DNA of 63,892 bases, filler included, from 7 parts of 7 records of this genome joined end to end with filler, not necessarily neighbours in it; one strand, 5' to 3'. Shown: positions 19,562 to 30,860, counted from the whole stretch's first letter. Notes: generated by a model from the letters alone, not told the origin. A program made the numbers and translations.

Positions 19562-21253
19562 TTACGAGGAGCAACTTATATGAGAAACTCCTGCTATATC
19601 AAATAACTCCTGGGGTTTTTTCTTATAATACTTTTCTTCGATCTCAAATGATTGCTCTGCATAAGGATCTGTCATAATATCTTGTAACTCTTTTACAAGT
19701 GAATAATCTCCATTATTGGCTTTTTGATAGGCTGGGACTAGTATCCACTCTCTAAGGCTATATTTTGGATTGGTTTTTTTCATCTCAGTGGAGAGCTTAT
19801 CTTCTTCTTCTAAAGTTGAGATATCTAAAGATGATCTCCATTTTTCAAGCCACTTTGACCATCTATTTTGTAAATCTTCATTCAATGTACCATGATCATA
19901 AAAGCTTTTTTCTAAAAGAGTTATATCTTTTGGAAGATTGGATAGCTCCCGAAAGAAAATAGTATAATCCACATGAGTTTCTATCATAAGTATAATAAGT
20001 TCTTTAAAAAGCTCAGTATTAAAACTTTGCACCCCAAGTTTTTTTGCCCACATCTTGTCTAATTTTTCTTTCATTTGCTTACTAAAATCATCTCTTATCT
20101 CTTCTAAGTTTTTAAGAGCAAGTTGATCATTTTCAAGTAAAGGAGCTAAAGAGAGACAAAACATATCAAAATTTATCTCAGCAGCAACAGGTTGGTTTAA
20201 AAATGAGAAATGATTTCCTCCACCAGTCCAAGGTTGATATCTTGGATCAAACATATCTATAAACCCAAATGGTCCATAATCAAGAGTAAAGCCTCCAACA
20301 GCACAATTATCACTATTAAAATTTCCTTGACAATACCCTACTCGAATCCAATCTGATACAAGACTTGTAAAACGATCTCGAAATTCTGTGGCTACAAGAA
20401 GTACTTTTTCTTTTAGAGATAAGCTTTTTTCAATACACTCACTATATTCACGATCAATAAGATGTAAAAAAAGTATTTCAAGCTCTTGTAAAGCTTCAGG
20501 GTGTTCTTTTTTTCTTGCACGTCTACCAAAAAGCTCTAACTGCCCTATTCTGATAAATGATGGGGCTACTCTTGTAGAGATGGCTACTCTCTCAGAGATC
20601 ATCACTTCAGGATCTTTTGAATAAGAGCCATTTGTAAACCATGGTCTTTGTACTCTCTGGGAGCTTGATGTATACAAACTAAGTGACCTTGATGTAGGAA
20701 CTCCAAGAGCATACATGTGCTCCTGAGCTAAAAACTCACGAACACTTGATCGTAAAACTGCTCGACCATCAGCTCCACGACAATATGGTGTTTTCCCACC
20801 ACCTTTTAACTGCATCTCCCATCTTTTACCATTGAAAACTCCTTCAAAAATAGAGATAGCCCGACCATCACCGTATCCATTTCCTGTTTGAAAAGGGCAT
20901 TGATCATAATACTCTGTTCCATAAATAGACAGAGCATATCCACAAGCCCATCCAAGCTTTCTCATAGGCTTCGGAAGATTTGAAGTATCACCACTAAACA
21001 TTTTGATAAACTCTTGGGAAGTAGCCAAACTATCACTCAAACCAAGCTCTTGAAAAAAAGTTTTACTATGGGTTATATAGGTAGGATTTTCTACAGGAGT
21101 TGGGAGTACGAGTACATAATGTCCATTAAACACTTGTCTTGGCTGATAATCTATCCCATCATTACTTGACATGGGATCAGGAGTCAAAAAATTTACTAAT
21201 GAATAATCAGCATGTTTAGCCAATTGTTTCAGTGAATATACTTTATTCATCAT
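19562..21253 (-). CDS. selO: SelO/YdiU-family protein adenylyltransferase
   Basis: [48 protein letters not shown]-terminal CSS; exact start uncertain. Confidence 0.9.
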   Translation of the reverse strand: MMNKVYSLKQLAKHADYSLVNFLTPDPMSSNDGIDYQPRQVFNGHYVLVLPTPVENPTYITHSKTFFQELGLSDSLATSQEFIKMFSGDTSNLPKPMRKLGWACGYALSIYGTEYYDQCPFQTGNGYGDGRAISIFEGVFNGKRWEMQLKGGGKTPYCRGADGRAVLRSSVREFLAQEHMYALGVPTSRSLSLYTSSSQRVQRPWFTNGSYSKDPEVMISERVAISTRVAPSFIRIGQLELFGRRARKKEHPEALQELEILFLHLIDREYSECIEKSLSLKEKVLLVATEFRDRFTSLVSDWIRVGYCQGNFNSDNCAVGGFTLDYGPFGFIDMFDPRYQPWTGGGNHFSFLNQPVAAEINFDMFCLSLAPLLENDQLALKNLEEIRDDFSKQMKEKLDKMWAKKLGVQSFNTELFKELIILMIETHVDYTIFFRELSNLPKDITLLEKSFYDHGTLNEDLQNRWSKWLEKWRSSLDISTLEEEDKLSTEMKKTNPKYSLREWILVPAYQKANNGDYSLVKELQDIMTDPYAEQSFEIEEKYYKKKPQELFDIAGVSHISCSS

Positions 21254-21512
21254 GTTCATGCTCATCAAGTAGCTTTATAATATTATCATACACTTCTTTG
21301 GCTTGCTCATCTGTGATTTTATTCTCTTCTATAGCTAATAATATATTTTGAAGCTCCACTAAAAATGATTCCATATCTCGTATCGCTTCTTTTTCATCCT
21401 CACTGATAGAGCCATCTTCTAAAGCTTCATTTAGCTCTTCTAAATAGGCTTCAGATTCTGGAAGCATCGTATCAGTAATTACTTGTTTTAGATCAGATTT
21501 TATTTGTGTCAT
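21243..21512 (-). CDS. Acidic helical hypothetical protein
   Basis: 89-aa ORF with host-like codon use, overlapping the selO start. Confidence 0.7.
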   Translation of the reverse strand: MTQIKSDLKQVITDTMLPESEAYLEELNEALEDGSISEDEKEAIRDMESFLVELQNILLAIEENKITDEQAKEVYDNIIKLLDEHEHDE

Positions 21513-21632
21513 TTATTACTCTTTGTTTTTTTGGTATTTTAATAAAGTGTTGATCAAATTCTATTGAATATATTGATCTAGTTTTTTTGAATATAGTTTT
21601 AAAAGAAATTGAACTTTTGCTATACTAATCAA

Positions 21633-21845
21633 ATGAAAAACAATTCCTTAAAAAATATCCTTATCATATCATCCGCACTTATTGCTATTATGGTGGTCTC
21701 TACTATTATAGTACTTGGTTTTAATTCTCTTATGGGATATAGTACAGATGTAGAAAATGATGATGTGGCTACCTCTATTGCAGCAGTTGCCTTTGGGATA
21801 GGTGTGGTTTGGAAATTACTCTATGATAGATTGGAAAATAGATGA
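21633..21845 (+). CDS. Small two-TM hypothetical protein
   Basis: Two hydrophobic helices; start ATG 21633. Confidence 0.6.
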   Translation: MKNNSLKNILIISSALIAIMVVSTIIVLGFNSLMGYSTDVENDDVATSIAAVAFGIGVVWKLLYDRLENR

Positions 21846-22012
21846 GTGGACTTCTTATAATACTTGGATCATTTATACTCGCTATGCTTGTACGTAAAAT
21901 AGCCATGATGAAAAATGAGTGTATGATGGCTAAGTTTTTACCACAACTTATTATGTTAATTGGTGGATTATATGGTGGATATATTTTTATAGCTCAAAAC
22001 TGGCAGCTTTAA
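21842..22012 (+). CDS. Small two-TM hypothetical protein (56 aa, not in the ORF track)
   Basis: MSGLLIILGSFILAMLVRK...LIMLIGGLYGGYIFIAQNWQL; ATGA overlap with the upstream gene. Confidence 0.55.
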   Translation: MSGLLIILGSFILAMLVRKIAMMKNECMMAKFLPQLIMLIGGLYGGYIFIAQNWQL

Positions 22013-22081
22013 AAGTAAAGAAAAAAACTAAGTTTAAACTAAAATAGAGTGTAGTATCATTATTAAAATAAAGGATTGAAA

Positions 22082-22387
22082 ATGAATATTAATAGTAGTA
22101 CATCATCAATATATTCACATGAAAGTCTCCTAAATTCAAGTGCACACAATATTGCCAACTCAAATACTGACAACTTTGAGCGAACTAGCACGAAAATGAT
22201 GGAAGATGGAGTCAATGGTGTAGCACCAGTTCATAATCAAATAGAAAATAACTATACTGAAAGTAACACTGATCTTGCAAAAGAGATGACAAATCAAATA
22301 GTATCATACAATGTTGTTGGTGCAAATGTAATAAGCCTTCAAACACAAGATGAGATAAGTGGAACTCTATTAGATATCAAAGCATAA
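22082..22387 (+). CDS. Short flagellar basal-body rod-like protein
   Basis: SAHNIANSNT N-terminal and SNTDLAKEM...LLDI C-terminal rod/hook motifs. Confidence 0.8.
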   Translation: MNINSSTSSIYSHESLLNSSAHNIANSNTDNFERTSTKMMEDGVNGVAPVHNQIENNYTESNTDLAKEMTNQIVSYNVVGANVISLQTQDEISGTLLDIKA

Positions 22388-22406
22388 CTATAGACTTATA
22401 TCTTCT

Positions 22407-22805
22407 CTATGCTTCAAAATTTGCAAAAGCACTTTCAACACTAGGAATCGTCTTATAATGTGTTTGTGTAAGTCTTACATTTTTAGTTTTTAGATCACAA
22501 ATTGCTATTCTAAAATTTGAGCCCATAAAAGGCTCTACCACACAGATAATTTTATCCTTAATCTGTCTTGTAACATGAACTGTACCTTGAAGTGCTGTAA
22601 AAAAATATTTTGGATAACTAAGTGGTGTTATCTCAACAACTTGAATACCCTCTTTATTTTCTAGAGTTTGAGCGATATCCATTGCTTCATCATAACTTTC
22701 AAATTGAATACACCAGTCATCAAATTTTTTATTAAAATGTTGGAGATCTTCATCTAAAAATCCACCTGCTAATGATTGTACAGCAAAAATAGACACGTAA
22801 AACAC
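22407..22805 (-). CDS. Hypothetical protein
   Basis: 132-aa ORF with no recognised motif. Confidence 0.65.
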   Translation of the reverse strand: MFYVSIFAVQSLAGGFLDEDLQHFNKKFDDWCIQFESYDEAMDIAQTLENKEGIQVVEITPLSYPKYFFTALQGTVHVTRQIKDKIICVVEPFMGSNFRIAICDLKTKNVRLTQTHYKTIPSVESAFANFEA

Positions 22806-22884
22806 CTTATATATGTAGTTTTAAATATATATTATACCTTACATGCTCTTATGAAAAGTAACAATTAAGTCTTATAATAAAACT

Positions 22885-23214
22885 CTATTTAAATGTCTCA
22901 ATATCAACAAGTTCAATCCCAATACAATCTTTTTTAAATAGCTTTCTTGTATTCGCATCATCTTCTGCTAAAGAGACTAAATCCGCGAAGTCATTTTTAG
23001 AAGCTTCAAACTGATAAAGCTCTTTTTGGGTCTCTAATTTGATTTTACAATCATTATGTTTGAGATTAAAATCGATATTTCTAATCCCTTTTGCAAACTC
23101 ACTTTTTATCATCTTTGCTACTTTTTCATTTTCTAGTAACTTCTCAAGTGTTATCTCTAAGTTAAAGTCATTTTTACATAGTATTTTATATGTTACCAAG
23201 ATCTTGCCTTCCAT
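22885..23214 (-). CDS. Hypothetical protein
   Basis: 109-aa ORF with a GGAGG SD. Confidence 0.7.
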   Translation of the reverse strand: MEGKILVTYKILCKNDFNLEITLEKLLENEKVAKMIKSEFAKGIRNIDFNLKHNDCKIKLETQKELYQFEASKNDFADLVSLAEDDANTRKLFKKDCIGIELVDIETFK

Positions 23215-23236
23215 TTTGATATATCCTCCAAATAAT

Positions 23237-24580
23237 TTATTTTACGATAGGTTTAACGTTTTCGTTGATAATGTTGAAAACATGTTGTTTCTTTTTTTCT
23301 ATCCAGCCAGTTGTTTGATCATTATATATTATAATATTTGCACTATCTTTGTCTTTAAAAGGTCTGATCGCTCTACCTATAATCTGCTGCATTCTTGCAG
23401 TGTCTTCAAAAGGTGGATAAGCGGGACTTGCACAAAATACATTTCTAATAGAGGGGATATCTGTACCCTCCCCTAAAAGTTTTGAAGTTCCTATCAAGAT
23501 ATAATCTGTCACTATATTTTCTGATAATTGGGTAAAGATCTCATTTCTGCATTTTGCTTTTGTATCAGCATCAATATAGAGTATCTTATACTCTTTTGAT
23601 AGCTCCTCTTTTATTTTTTGTCCCAATTCTAATGTATTTACTAAAATTACTGATCTATTTTCACCATATTGTTTTTTCTCACTTACAAGGGTGTTTTTAA
23701 TATCTTTTAAAATACTCTCTTGTCTTTTTTTATTTTTATCAATATTTTTTTTAAGCATTCCAAGTTTGATATTAAAATCCAAAGATTGAAGATAAGGCTG
23801 GTCGATATTGATCCTATGATTTGTATTTTTAAAATATATTGTAGGACGCACTAAAAACTTATCTCTATACAGTTCATCAATCTCTATTCTACTCAATTCA
23901 TCCCCTACAAGATCAAAGAGTCGTTTTTCATTTTGAGTATTGTTTCTATATGGAGTTGCTGTAAGTCCATGTTTATACATAGCAGGGATTTGAGATACAA
24001 CATTATAATAAACTTCCGCACTTGCTTTATGCATCTCATCACAAAGGATCATGGAGTATTTATCTTCTATTATTTGCTCTAAAGTTGCATCATTATTTAA
24101 AGATTGCCACGTAGTGATTAAAATAGGTGCTCCAAACTCTTTTTTTGATCCACTTAGCTCCCCTATCAACTTTGGATCAATATCTAAAATCGACTGAAAT
24201 CTTTTTTTTGTTTGTTTTACAAGATCAGATTTTGGGACGATAAAAAGAGTTCTTATATTTCTTTTTGCTATCAAATACGCTGCTATATTTGTTTTTCCTG
24301 CACCTGTTGGAGCATAGATATATCCAGTAAGTGTGGTTCGTGTAAACATATCCACGCATTTTTGCTGAAATTCTCTGGGGGCAAAGCCTTTAAGTTTTAT
24401 AGAGTCTTGATCTTCTATTATTTTACAATTATCCCTTTGGGGTACATTTACATTCCAGTGAATATCTTTGCAAATATCTTTGAACTTACTCAAAAGCTCT
24501 AGAACCTTTCCATAAGGGAAAAGCTTTTGTTTTTCTCCATCTATTAAGGTTATTTGACTTCCTATGATCAATTGCATCAT
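23237..24580 (-). CDS. SF2 DExH helicase (SSL2/UvsW-like)
   Basis: PREFQ, APTGAGKT, CDEMH, GLTATP, EGTDIP, QIIGRAIR. Confidence 0.9.
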   Translation of the reverse strand: MMQLIIGSQITLIDGEKQKLFPYGKVLELLSKFKDICKDIHWNVNVPQRDNCKIIEDQDSIKLKGFAPREFQQKCVDMFTRTTLTGYIYAPTGAGKTNIAAYLIAKRNIRTLFIVPKSDLVKQTKKRFQSILDIDPKLIGELSGSKKEFGAPILITTWQSLNNDATLEQIIEDKYSMILCDEMHKASAEVYYNVVSQIPAMYKHGLTATPYRNNTQNEKRLFDLVGDELSRIEIDELYRDKFLVRPTIYFKNTNHRINIDQPYLQSLDFNIKLGMLKKNIDKNKKRQESILKDIKNTLVSEKKQYGENRSVILVNTLELGQKIKEELSKEYKILYIDADTKAKCRNEIFTQLSENIVTDYILIGTSKLLGEGTDIPSIRNVFCASPAYPPFEDTARMQQIIGRAIRPFKDKDSANIIIYNDQTTGWIEKKKQHVFNIINENVKPIVK

Positions 24581-24665
24581 TTACTCCGTTTATATAGTAA
24601 GAGTATTGTACACAAAATCGAAAGAAAGGGTTAAAAACATGACAAATTGCAATAAAATTGAGGTT

Positions 24666-24971
24666 TTACCCTTTAAAAAGAACATAAATAACCTCAGCTT
24701 GAATCAAAGCAACAATAAAAAACTTAATCAAAAACTCCATTTTTTTAATCTTATGTCGAAAAAGAATCATGGCACTAAAAGCCCCTATAGTTCCACCTAA
24801 AAAAGTGATAATAAAAAGATTTTTTTCAGATACTCTTCTTGGGTTTGATTTTAAAGTTTTAATCGCTAAATACTTATCAACTCCATATACCATAAAAGTA
24901 ATACTATTTATAATAATTAAGTAGATCCATATAGCATCTGGAACTTGCTCAATACTTGTAAAAATAGGCAT
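24666..24971 (-). CDS. DUF1294 membrane protein
   Basis: YGVDK.LA...RRVSEKNL...GG..GA...FRHKIKK.EF. Confidence 0.85.
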   Translation of the reverse strand: MPIFTSIEQVPDAIWIYLIIINSITFMVYGVDKYLAIKTLKSNPRRVSEKNLFIITFLGGTIGAFSAMILFRHKIKKMEFLIKFFIVALIQAEVIYVLFKG

Positions 24972-24972
24972 C

Positions 24973-25689
24973 TTATAGCTCTAACTCAATTGGTACTATA
25001 CAATCACTTCCACTATATGCCGGTGAATTTACTTTATTATCCACAGGGTATGCTTCAATCTTCTCACTTTCACAAGGTTTTAATAAAGACTTTAAAAGAT
25101 CAATATCTTCGATACTACTATCAAGCCAGATCTTTTGTGACTCTTCATCTAATATGACAGGCATCCTCTCATGAATCTCTTCCATCACTTCATTTGGTGT
25201 GGTTGTAATAATTGCAGTTGAGAGAATCTCATCAGCAAATAAAGCATCTTTTGGAGTCCAAAGATCCCAAATACCTGCTAGCATAAAATACTCATCTTCT
25301 GTTGGTTTTATATAGTATGGTATCTTTCCATCCTCTGTGATCTTCCACTCATAAAATCCATTTATTGGGATAACACAACGCTGTTTTCTAAAGGGGTGTT
25401 TAAAAGTTGGCTTTGATTCAATTGTTTCTGCCCTTGCATTTATGGGAGCACTAAAATTGATATCTTTTGCCCAGTGGGGTAATAATCCCCATCGTGCTTT
25501 TAAAAGTTTTTTAGGATCTCCAGTGATTAATGTAACTATAGGTGAAGTTAGAAAAAGATTATAGAGCTGTTTTGTTTGCTCAGGCAATACCCCATCATAA
25601 GAGATATGGTCTTCAATATCTCCATGATAAAGTTTTTGCATATCATCTATAAATGATATTTGATCATGAAAATCGATTCGTCCACACAT
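24973..25689 (-). CDS. SRAP / SOS response-associated peptidase (abasic-site processing)
   Basis: N-terminal MCGR, WGL.P.W, INARAET, GFYEW, IHERMPVIL. Confidence 0.92.
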   Translation of the reverse strand: MCGRIDFHDQISFIDDMQKLYHGDIEDHISYDGVLPEQTKQLYNLFLTSPIVTLITGDPKKLLKARWGLLPHWAKDINFSAPINARAETIESKPTFKHPFRKQRCVIPINGFYEWKITEDGKIPYYIKPTEDEYFMLAGIWDLWTPKDALFADEILSTAIITTTPNEVMEEIHERMPVILDEESQKIWLDSSIEDIDLLKSLLKPCESEKIEAYPVDNKVNSPAYSGSDCIVPIELEL

Positions 25690-25699
25690 ATAATAAAAC

Positions 25700-26236
25700 C
25701 TACAATAGCTCTAAGATATCTTTTTCTATTGTTTTAGGTTCAGTACTTGGAGCATATCTTTTGATAACTTTTCCATCTCTACCAACTAAAAACTTTGTAA
25801 AGTTCCATTTTATCAGATCGGTGCCCATAATACCACTAGAGTTTGCTTTAAGGTACGTATATAAAGGATGGGTATTTACTCCATTTACATCTATTTTGCT
25901 AAACATATCAAATTTTACTCCAAAGGTTAAAGAGCAAAACTCTTTTATCTGCTCTTCTGTTCCAGGCTCTTGTGATAAAAACTGATTACAAGGAAACCCT
26001 AATACGGATAAACCTTTTGTATGATATTTTTCATGAAGCTTTTCTAAACCCTCATATTGATAGGTAAAGCCACACTTACTTGCTACATTGACTATCAGCA
26101 TCACATCCCCTTTATATTGGGATAGTTTCACTACTTTCCCATCTATATCTTTTACCTCAATATCATAAATACTTGTCACCTTTTCTCCAAAGAGAAAACT
26201 GCTAAGAAGCAATATACTATAAATCACTTTTATCAT
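25700..26236 (-). CDS. Glutathione peroxidase family, with signal peptide
   Basis: VNVASKCG, LGFPCNQF..QEPG, KWNFTKFLV. Confidence 0.93.
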   Translation of the reverse strand: MIKVIYSILLLSSFLFGEKVTSIYDIEVKDIDGKVVKLSQYKGDVMLIVNVASKCGFTYQYEGLEKLHEKYHTKGLSVLGFPCNQFLSQEPGTEEQIKEFCSLTFGVKFDMFSKIDVNGVNTHPLYTYLKANSSGIMGTDLIKWNFTKFLVGRDGKVIKRYAPSTEPKTIEKDILELL

Positions 26237-26295
26237 CTTTTATGGTTTATGTTTATATCGATCAATCTTATAGCTTTTTTACTAAAATATCTCTT

Positions 26296-26412
26296 TTACT
26301 TTAAATCTTTATCAAAAGGTAATTTCTCTTTTTCTACATCTCTTTGTTTTATAAAAGGATATAATACTGCAATTGAAATAACAATCAATAAAAACCCAAT
26401 AAGCTCTACCAT
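26296..26412 (-). CDS. 38-aa single-TM small protein (not in the ORF track)
   Basis: MVELIGFLLIVISIAVLYPFIKQRDVEKEKLPFDKDLK preceded by AAGGTG. Confidence 0.45.
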   Translation of the reverse strand: MVELIGFLLIVISIAVLYPFIKQRDVEKEKLPFDKDLK

Positions 26413-26556
26413 CACAACACCTTTGTATTAATATTTTTCAAATCATAGCAGATAAAAGGGGGTTTTTTTTAAAATATGGCAATTTGCAATTTATAATGCT
26501 ATTCTGATGCTATTAATATAAGTTATAATTATGCTATCTAAAAAAAAGGGTACACT

Positions 26557-26895
26557 ATGCTTATTGATATTTTTACGGACTATATCCGTAATAAAAAAGA
26601 TTTACGAGACTACATCGAACTTAGAAAAAATATAAACGAAAGAGGCGAATTTAATAATTCACAACTTCTCCAAATTCAAGAAAATTTAGAAAGACTTAAA
26701 AATGAAAATTTTGAGATCTATACAAAAATGTATGAGATTTTAGAAGAGGTGTATGCCCAAGATGAAGGAAACTATATTGAATACCCTTTAAATTTTGCTA
26801 GACTTATGCTTCAAGTGTTTAAGAACCAATCTCCCCAAGAGATATATAATAGCTATAAAGATGTTTTAATGCATAAATACCAAACAGTGTATTAA
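26557..26895 (+). CDS. Hypothetical protein
   Basis: 112-aa helical ORF with AAGGG SD and an upstream TATAAT. Confidence 0.7.
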   Translation: MLIDIFTDYIRNKKDLRDYIELRKNINERGEFNNSQLLQIQENLERLKNENFEIYTKMYEILEEVYAQDEGNYIEYPLNFARLMLQVFKNQSPQEIYNSYKDVLMHKYQTVY

Positions 26896-26961
26896 CATTT
26901 AATCTCTTACATAAATATTATATAAGTATCGATATAGTCTAATCTATTAAAAACTCTTAAT

Positions 26962-27061
26962 NNNNNNNNNNNNNNNNNNNNNNNNNNNNNNNNNNNNNNN
27001 NNNNNTTAATTAATTAANNNNNNNNNNNNNNNNNNNNNNNNNNNNNNNNNNNNNNNNNNNN
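26962..27061. other. Artificial contig linker
   Basis: N44-TTAATTAATTAA-N44; abrupt AT-rich to GC-rich switch. Confidence 0.99.
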
Positions 27062-28194
27062 CCCTTGATGGACATGATCTTGTCCATGGCCATATTCATC
27101 TTGGCCACGGTCACATCGCCGGTCTTCATGCGGGCGTCCAGCATATGGGCGTTGTCGTCCACGATGGCCAGCTGCTTGGGCACCACCCTGAATTTGGTGC
27201 TGAACTTCCGGGGCAGCAATCCGAAGTAGCCGCAGTGGGCCAGCAGGATATGGTTCTCCGGATCGTCCACGATCTCGGGGAAGGAGGGGATCTTCTCATG
27301 CTTCAACGCCGCCTGCCCCATCATAAAGGGGTAGATATTGGTCATGAACAGGGGGGCCCCGATGGAGTTGTAGAGCAGGTACTTGCTGGTCAATGTCTGG
27401 GTGTCCCCCTCGCAGACCCACAGGATCCCCGTCTCCTCCAGCAGCCTGTCCCAGGCCATACAGGGGGTGGTATTGCAGTAGTGGGACTCGTTGAGACAGT
27501 TGGAACCGATACCGATGATATCGTCCGAGTCGATCTCGTCCTTCACGGCCATGTAGAACTTGGCCGCGTTGATGCCCCGGATTTTCTCAAATCCTTCTGC
27601 ACGGGGATAGTCCCAGGTCTCCCAGACCTTCTCCGCGTCGGCATCGCTGATCTTCGCCGCCTTCTCGCCCAGGGCCTTCAGGCTGCGCCGCTCGATGGTG
27701 GTGCCGAAGCGGTTTCTGATGGTGTCGTCGCTCTCCTTCTCCCACCAGTAAAAGGATTTGAAAATCTCGGGCTGGAATCCCTCTCCCGGATTGTCCTGGA
27801 AGATCAGGAACCTGGAGACGGACATCTTTCTGACGGTACCGAGGATCTTGCAGATGGTCCTGGACTCCTCGAGGCTGTAGGGAGCCACGGTCCTGATGCC
27901 CTTGCCCTTGAGGAAGTTGCTTATCTCCCAGTCCCACATGGAAACGGTCGCGAACTCGGAGGTGATGATCAGGATGGGCTTGTCTATGGCCCTGATCTGC
28001 TCCACCGAACGGTAGGCCTCGCCCAGGATCTCAGGGAAGACCACCGCCTCGCACTCGGGCAGGGCCTGGCCCAGGGGCTGTTCGTCCAGGAACTCGGCAC
28101 CGTCGGCCAGAAGGTGTTTCAGATGCTCCAGCTGGGGGGTAAAACGTTCGGTTCTCTCTTTATTAAAATAAACCGGTACCAGTCTTGCTTTCAT
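27062..28194 (-). CDS. L-fucose/L-arabinose isomerase-like protein (3' truncated)
   Basis: GIGSNCL, WVCEGD and LLAHCG motifs; last gene of a sugar operon. Confidence 0.6.
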
Positions 28195-28304
28195 AATTCT
28201 TTACTCCAATATAATGTTGATTCCCCGAGGCTGCCGGGTATCGGAAAAATAACCCGGCAGCCCCTGGAGCAGCCCCTCTTTCAATGCGCGTCTTGAAAGA
28301 GACC

Positions 28305-29267
28305 CTACTCGGAATCCTTTTTCGCATAGAACGCAACGGCCAGGATCAGGATCAGGCCCTTCAGGAACATCTGGATATAGGGGTTGATATCCAGGAGGTT
28401 CATGAAGTTGGAGAAGATGGTCAGGATAAGAACCCCGCCGATCGCCCCTAAAAGCCGTCCCTCGCCGCCGGCCAGGGACACCCCTCCGATTACCGCGGAG
28501 GTGATGGTGTCCAGCTCGTAGCCCTGCCCTGTGGTCGGTCCGCCGCCTCCCATTCTGGATGAGAGGAAGAGGGACGCCAGTCCCACCAGGGCGCCGCCCA
28601 GAAGGTAGGCGCTCATCTTGATCCGGACCACGGGGATGCCCGAGATGCCGGCGATGTAGTCATCCGACCCGGTGGCGTACAGGTGGTTGCCGAAGCGGTG
28701 CTTCTTAAGCAGAGCTGCCATGACAAGGAATATCAGCAGGAAGTAGAAGAAGCACACCGGTATGCCCCCGACCTTGGCGGAAGCCAGGAAGCGGAAGCTC
28801 TTGGGGATGCCCCCTATGGGCCGCTTGGTATAGAAGAAGATCATTCCCTGCAGCAGGCTCGAGGTCGCCAGGGTCGCCATAAACGCGGGTATGCGAAGCT
28901 TCACCGCCAGGAAACCGTTGAGCAGTCCGATCAGGACGCCCGTGGCCAGTATGATCAGAGAGACCAGCAGGGGATTGATATCAGGCATATCCTTGAAGAG
29001 GCCCGCCGCCATGGTTGTCAGCAGCGACACCGCCGCTCCCATGGACATGTCGATGTTTCCCGAGATCATGATCACCGACTGTCCCAGGGTGGCGATGGCC
29101 AGTCCTATGGGCGTGATCAGGAAGACGTTTCTCAGGTTACGGCTCGTCAGAAAGATGGGCGACGAGGCGGCGCTGGCGACCAGCAGCAGAAAGAGGATCA
29201 GCCAGACGAAGCGCCCGGGCTTCACCAGCTCTCTGGGTGTCAGGGCGTTAAGGGATATCGTTTTCAT
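28305..29267 (-). CDS. Sugar ABC transporter permease (CUT2)
   Basis: GNIDMSMG, IPAFMATL, GYELDTITSAVIGGVSL.GG. Confidence 0.92.
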   Translation of the reverse strand: MKTISLNALTPRELVKPGRFVWLILFLLLVASAASSPIFLTSRNLRNVFLITPIGLAIATLGQSVIMISGNIDMSMGAAVSLLTTMAAGLFKDMPDINPLLVSLIILATGVLIGLLNGFLAVKLRIPAFMATLATSSLLQGMIFFYTKRPIGGIPKSFRFLASAKVGGIPVCFFYFLLIFLVMAALLKKHRFGNHLYATGSDDYIAGISGIPVVRIKMSAYLLGGALVGLASLFLSSRMGGGGPTTGQGYELDTITSAVIGGVSLAGGEGRLLGAIGGVLILTIFSNFMNLLDINPYIQMFLKGLILILAVAFYAKKDSE

Positions 29268-30796
29268 CAGGCGTTCTCCTTTCCGTGCAGGCTGTACTCA
29301 TGGCCTACCGCCAGAGACAGGACATGCTCTTCCGTTGTTTTCCCGGCCGCCTGGTCGACGACACCCGCCGTACGGCCCTGGTTCATGACCAGGATCCGGT
29401 CGGACATGCCGATGACCTCGGGCAGCTCGGAGGAAACCATGATCACCGACGAACCGGCCTCGCAGAGCTCCCGCAGGATCTTGTAGATCTCATGCTTGGC
29501 TCCCACGTCGATCCCCCGGGTGGGCTCCACGATGCAGAAGACCCTGGGATTGGTCAGCAGGGCGCGGGCCAGAAGGACCTTCTGCTGGTTTCCGCCGGAC
29601 AGATTCCGGATCTGCTCCTCCAGGGAAGAGGTCTTGGTCTTCAGCTTCTTATTCTCGCCGTCAGCCGCGTCCCGCTCGTTTTTGCGGTTGATCAGGCCCC
29701 TACTCATATAGGCCTTCAGGTTGGCGATGGTGGTGTTCTCCTTGATGGTCATGGGGGCGATGATCCCCTCTTTCTTACGATCCGAGGGGATGTAGTAGAA
29801 GCCGTTGGCTATGGCCTCCCTCATGGAGGCGTTTGCGATGGAGCGTCCCTCAAACAGAAGCTCCCCCTCATCCTTGCCCAGAAGCCCCATCAGGGCCTTG
29901 ACCACGTCCGAGCGGCCCGAGCCGACCATACCTGCCAGCCCGAGGACCTCGCCCTTTCTCAGGGTGAAGCTGATGTCCTCGATCCTTCCGCCGCAGCTCA
30001 TATTCCTGACCTCCAGGAGGATGTCTTTCGTGGGATCGCCCGGCTCGGGATAGATGTCGTCTATGTCGCGGCCCACCATCTTCTTCACCAGAAGGTCCTT
30101 GGTCATGTTGGACAGGTCGTCCGTATGGGTAACCTCGCCGTCCTTGAGGACCGTTACCCGGTCGGCGATCTCGAAGATCTCTTCCAGCATATGGGATATA
30201 TAGATGACCGTTACGCCCTGCTCTTTCAGGGAACGGATAATTTCAAAAAGTTTTGTCAGCTCTTTGTCCGTCAGGGGCGCGGAGGGCTCGTCCATGATCA
30301 GGACCCGGGCGGTAACCGAAAGGGCCTTGGCGATCTCCACAAGCTGCTGCTCCACAACGCTGAGCTCGGATACCTTGCGGTCGATATCCATTTCGACTCC
30401 CATCCTTTCGAAGATCTCAAGGGTCTTCTTCCGGGCCAGAGCCTGATTCTTGAAGCCGCCGAATCCCGAGGGCTCCCTGTTCAGAAACACGTTGGACACC
30501 ACATCCAAATGTCCGATCAGGCTGAACTCCTGAAAGATAATGGAGATACCCATCAGCTGGGCTTCATGGGGATTCCTGATGGCGACGTTCTCGCCGTTGT
30601 AAACGATCTGTCCGGCGCTGGGCTGATAGACCCCGCAGAGGATCTTCATCAGGGTGGACTTTCCCGCTCCGTTCTCACCGACCAGGGCGTGCACTTCGCC
30701 CTTGCGGAAACTCATATCCACCTCATTCAGAGCCTTCACTCCCGGAAAACTCTTGCTGATCTTTCTGAACTCCAGTAACGGCTTTGTATCGGCCAT
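29267..30796 (-). CDS. Sugar ABC transporter ATPase (two ABC domains)
   Basis: GENGAGKST, IMDEPS, LSGGNQQK; start placed at ATG 30796 (MADTKPLLE). Confidence 0.93.
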   Translation of the reverse strand: MADTKPLLEFRKISKSFPGVKALNEVDMSFRKGEVHALVGENGAGKSTLMKILCGVYQPSAGQIVYNGENVAIRNPHEAQLMGISIIFQEFSLIGHLDVVSNVFLNREPSGFGGFKNQALARKKTLEIFERMGVEMDIDRKVSELSVVEQQLVEIAKALSVTARVLIMDEPSAPLTDKELTKLFEIIRSLKEQGVTVIYISHMLEEIFEIADRVTVLKDGEVTHTDDLSNMTKDLLVKKMVGRDIDDIYPEPGDPTKDILLEVRNMSCGGRIEDISFTLRKGEVLGLAGMVGSGRSDVVKALMGLLGKDEGELLFEGRSIANASMREAIANGFYYIPSDRKKEGIIAPMTIKENTTIANLKAYMSRGLINRKNERDAADGENKKLKTKTSSLEEQIRNLSGGNQQKVLLARALLTNPRVFCIVEPTRGIDVGAKHEIYKILRELCEAGSSVIMVSSELPEVIGMSDRILVMNQGRTAGVVDQAAGKTTEEHVLSLAVGHEYSLHGKENA

Positions 30797-30860
30797 AACA
30801 ACACTTCCTTTTTTTCTATAGGGCCGGCGCCCCGGGGCGCCGGCCGGAATAAAACACGAA

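Noticed and set aside
19562-26236. Possible selenocysteine in SelO or GPx
   Set aside because: Both positions are ordinary Cys codons (TGC in SelO CSS, TGT in GPx SKCG).
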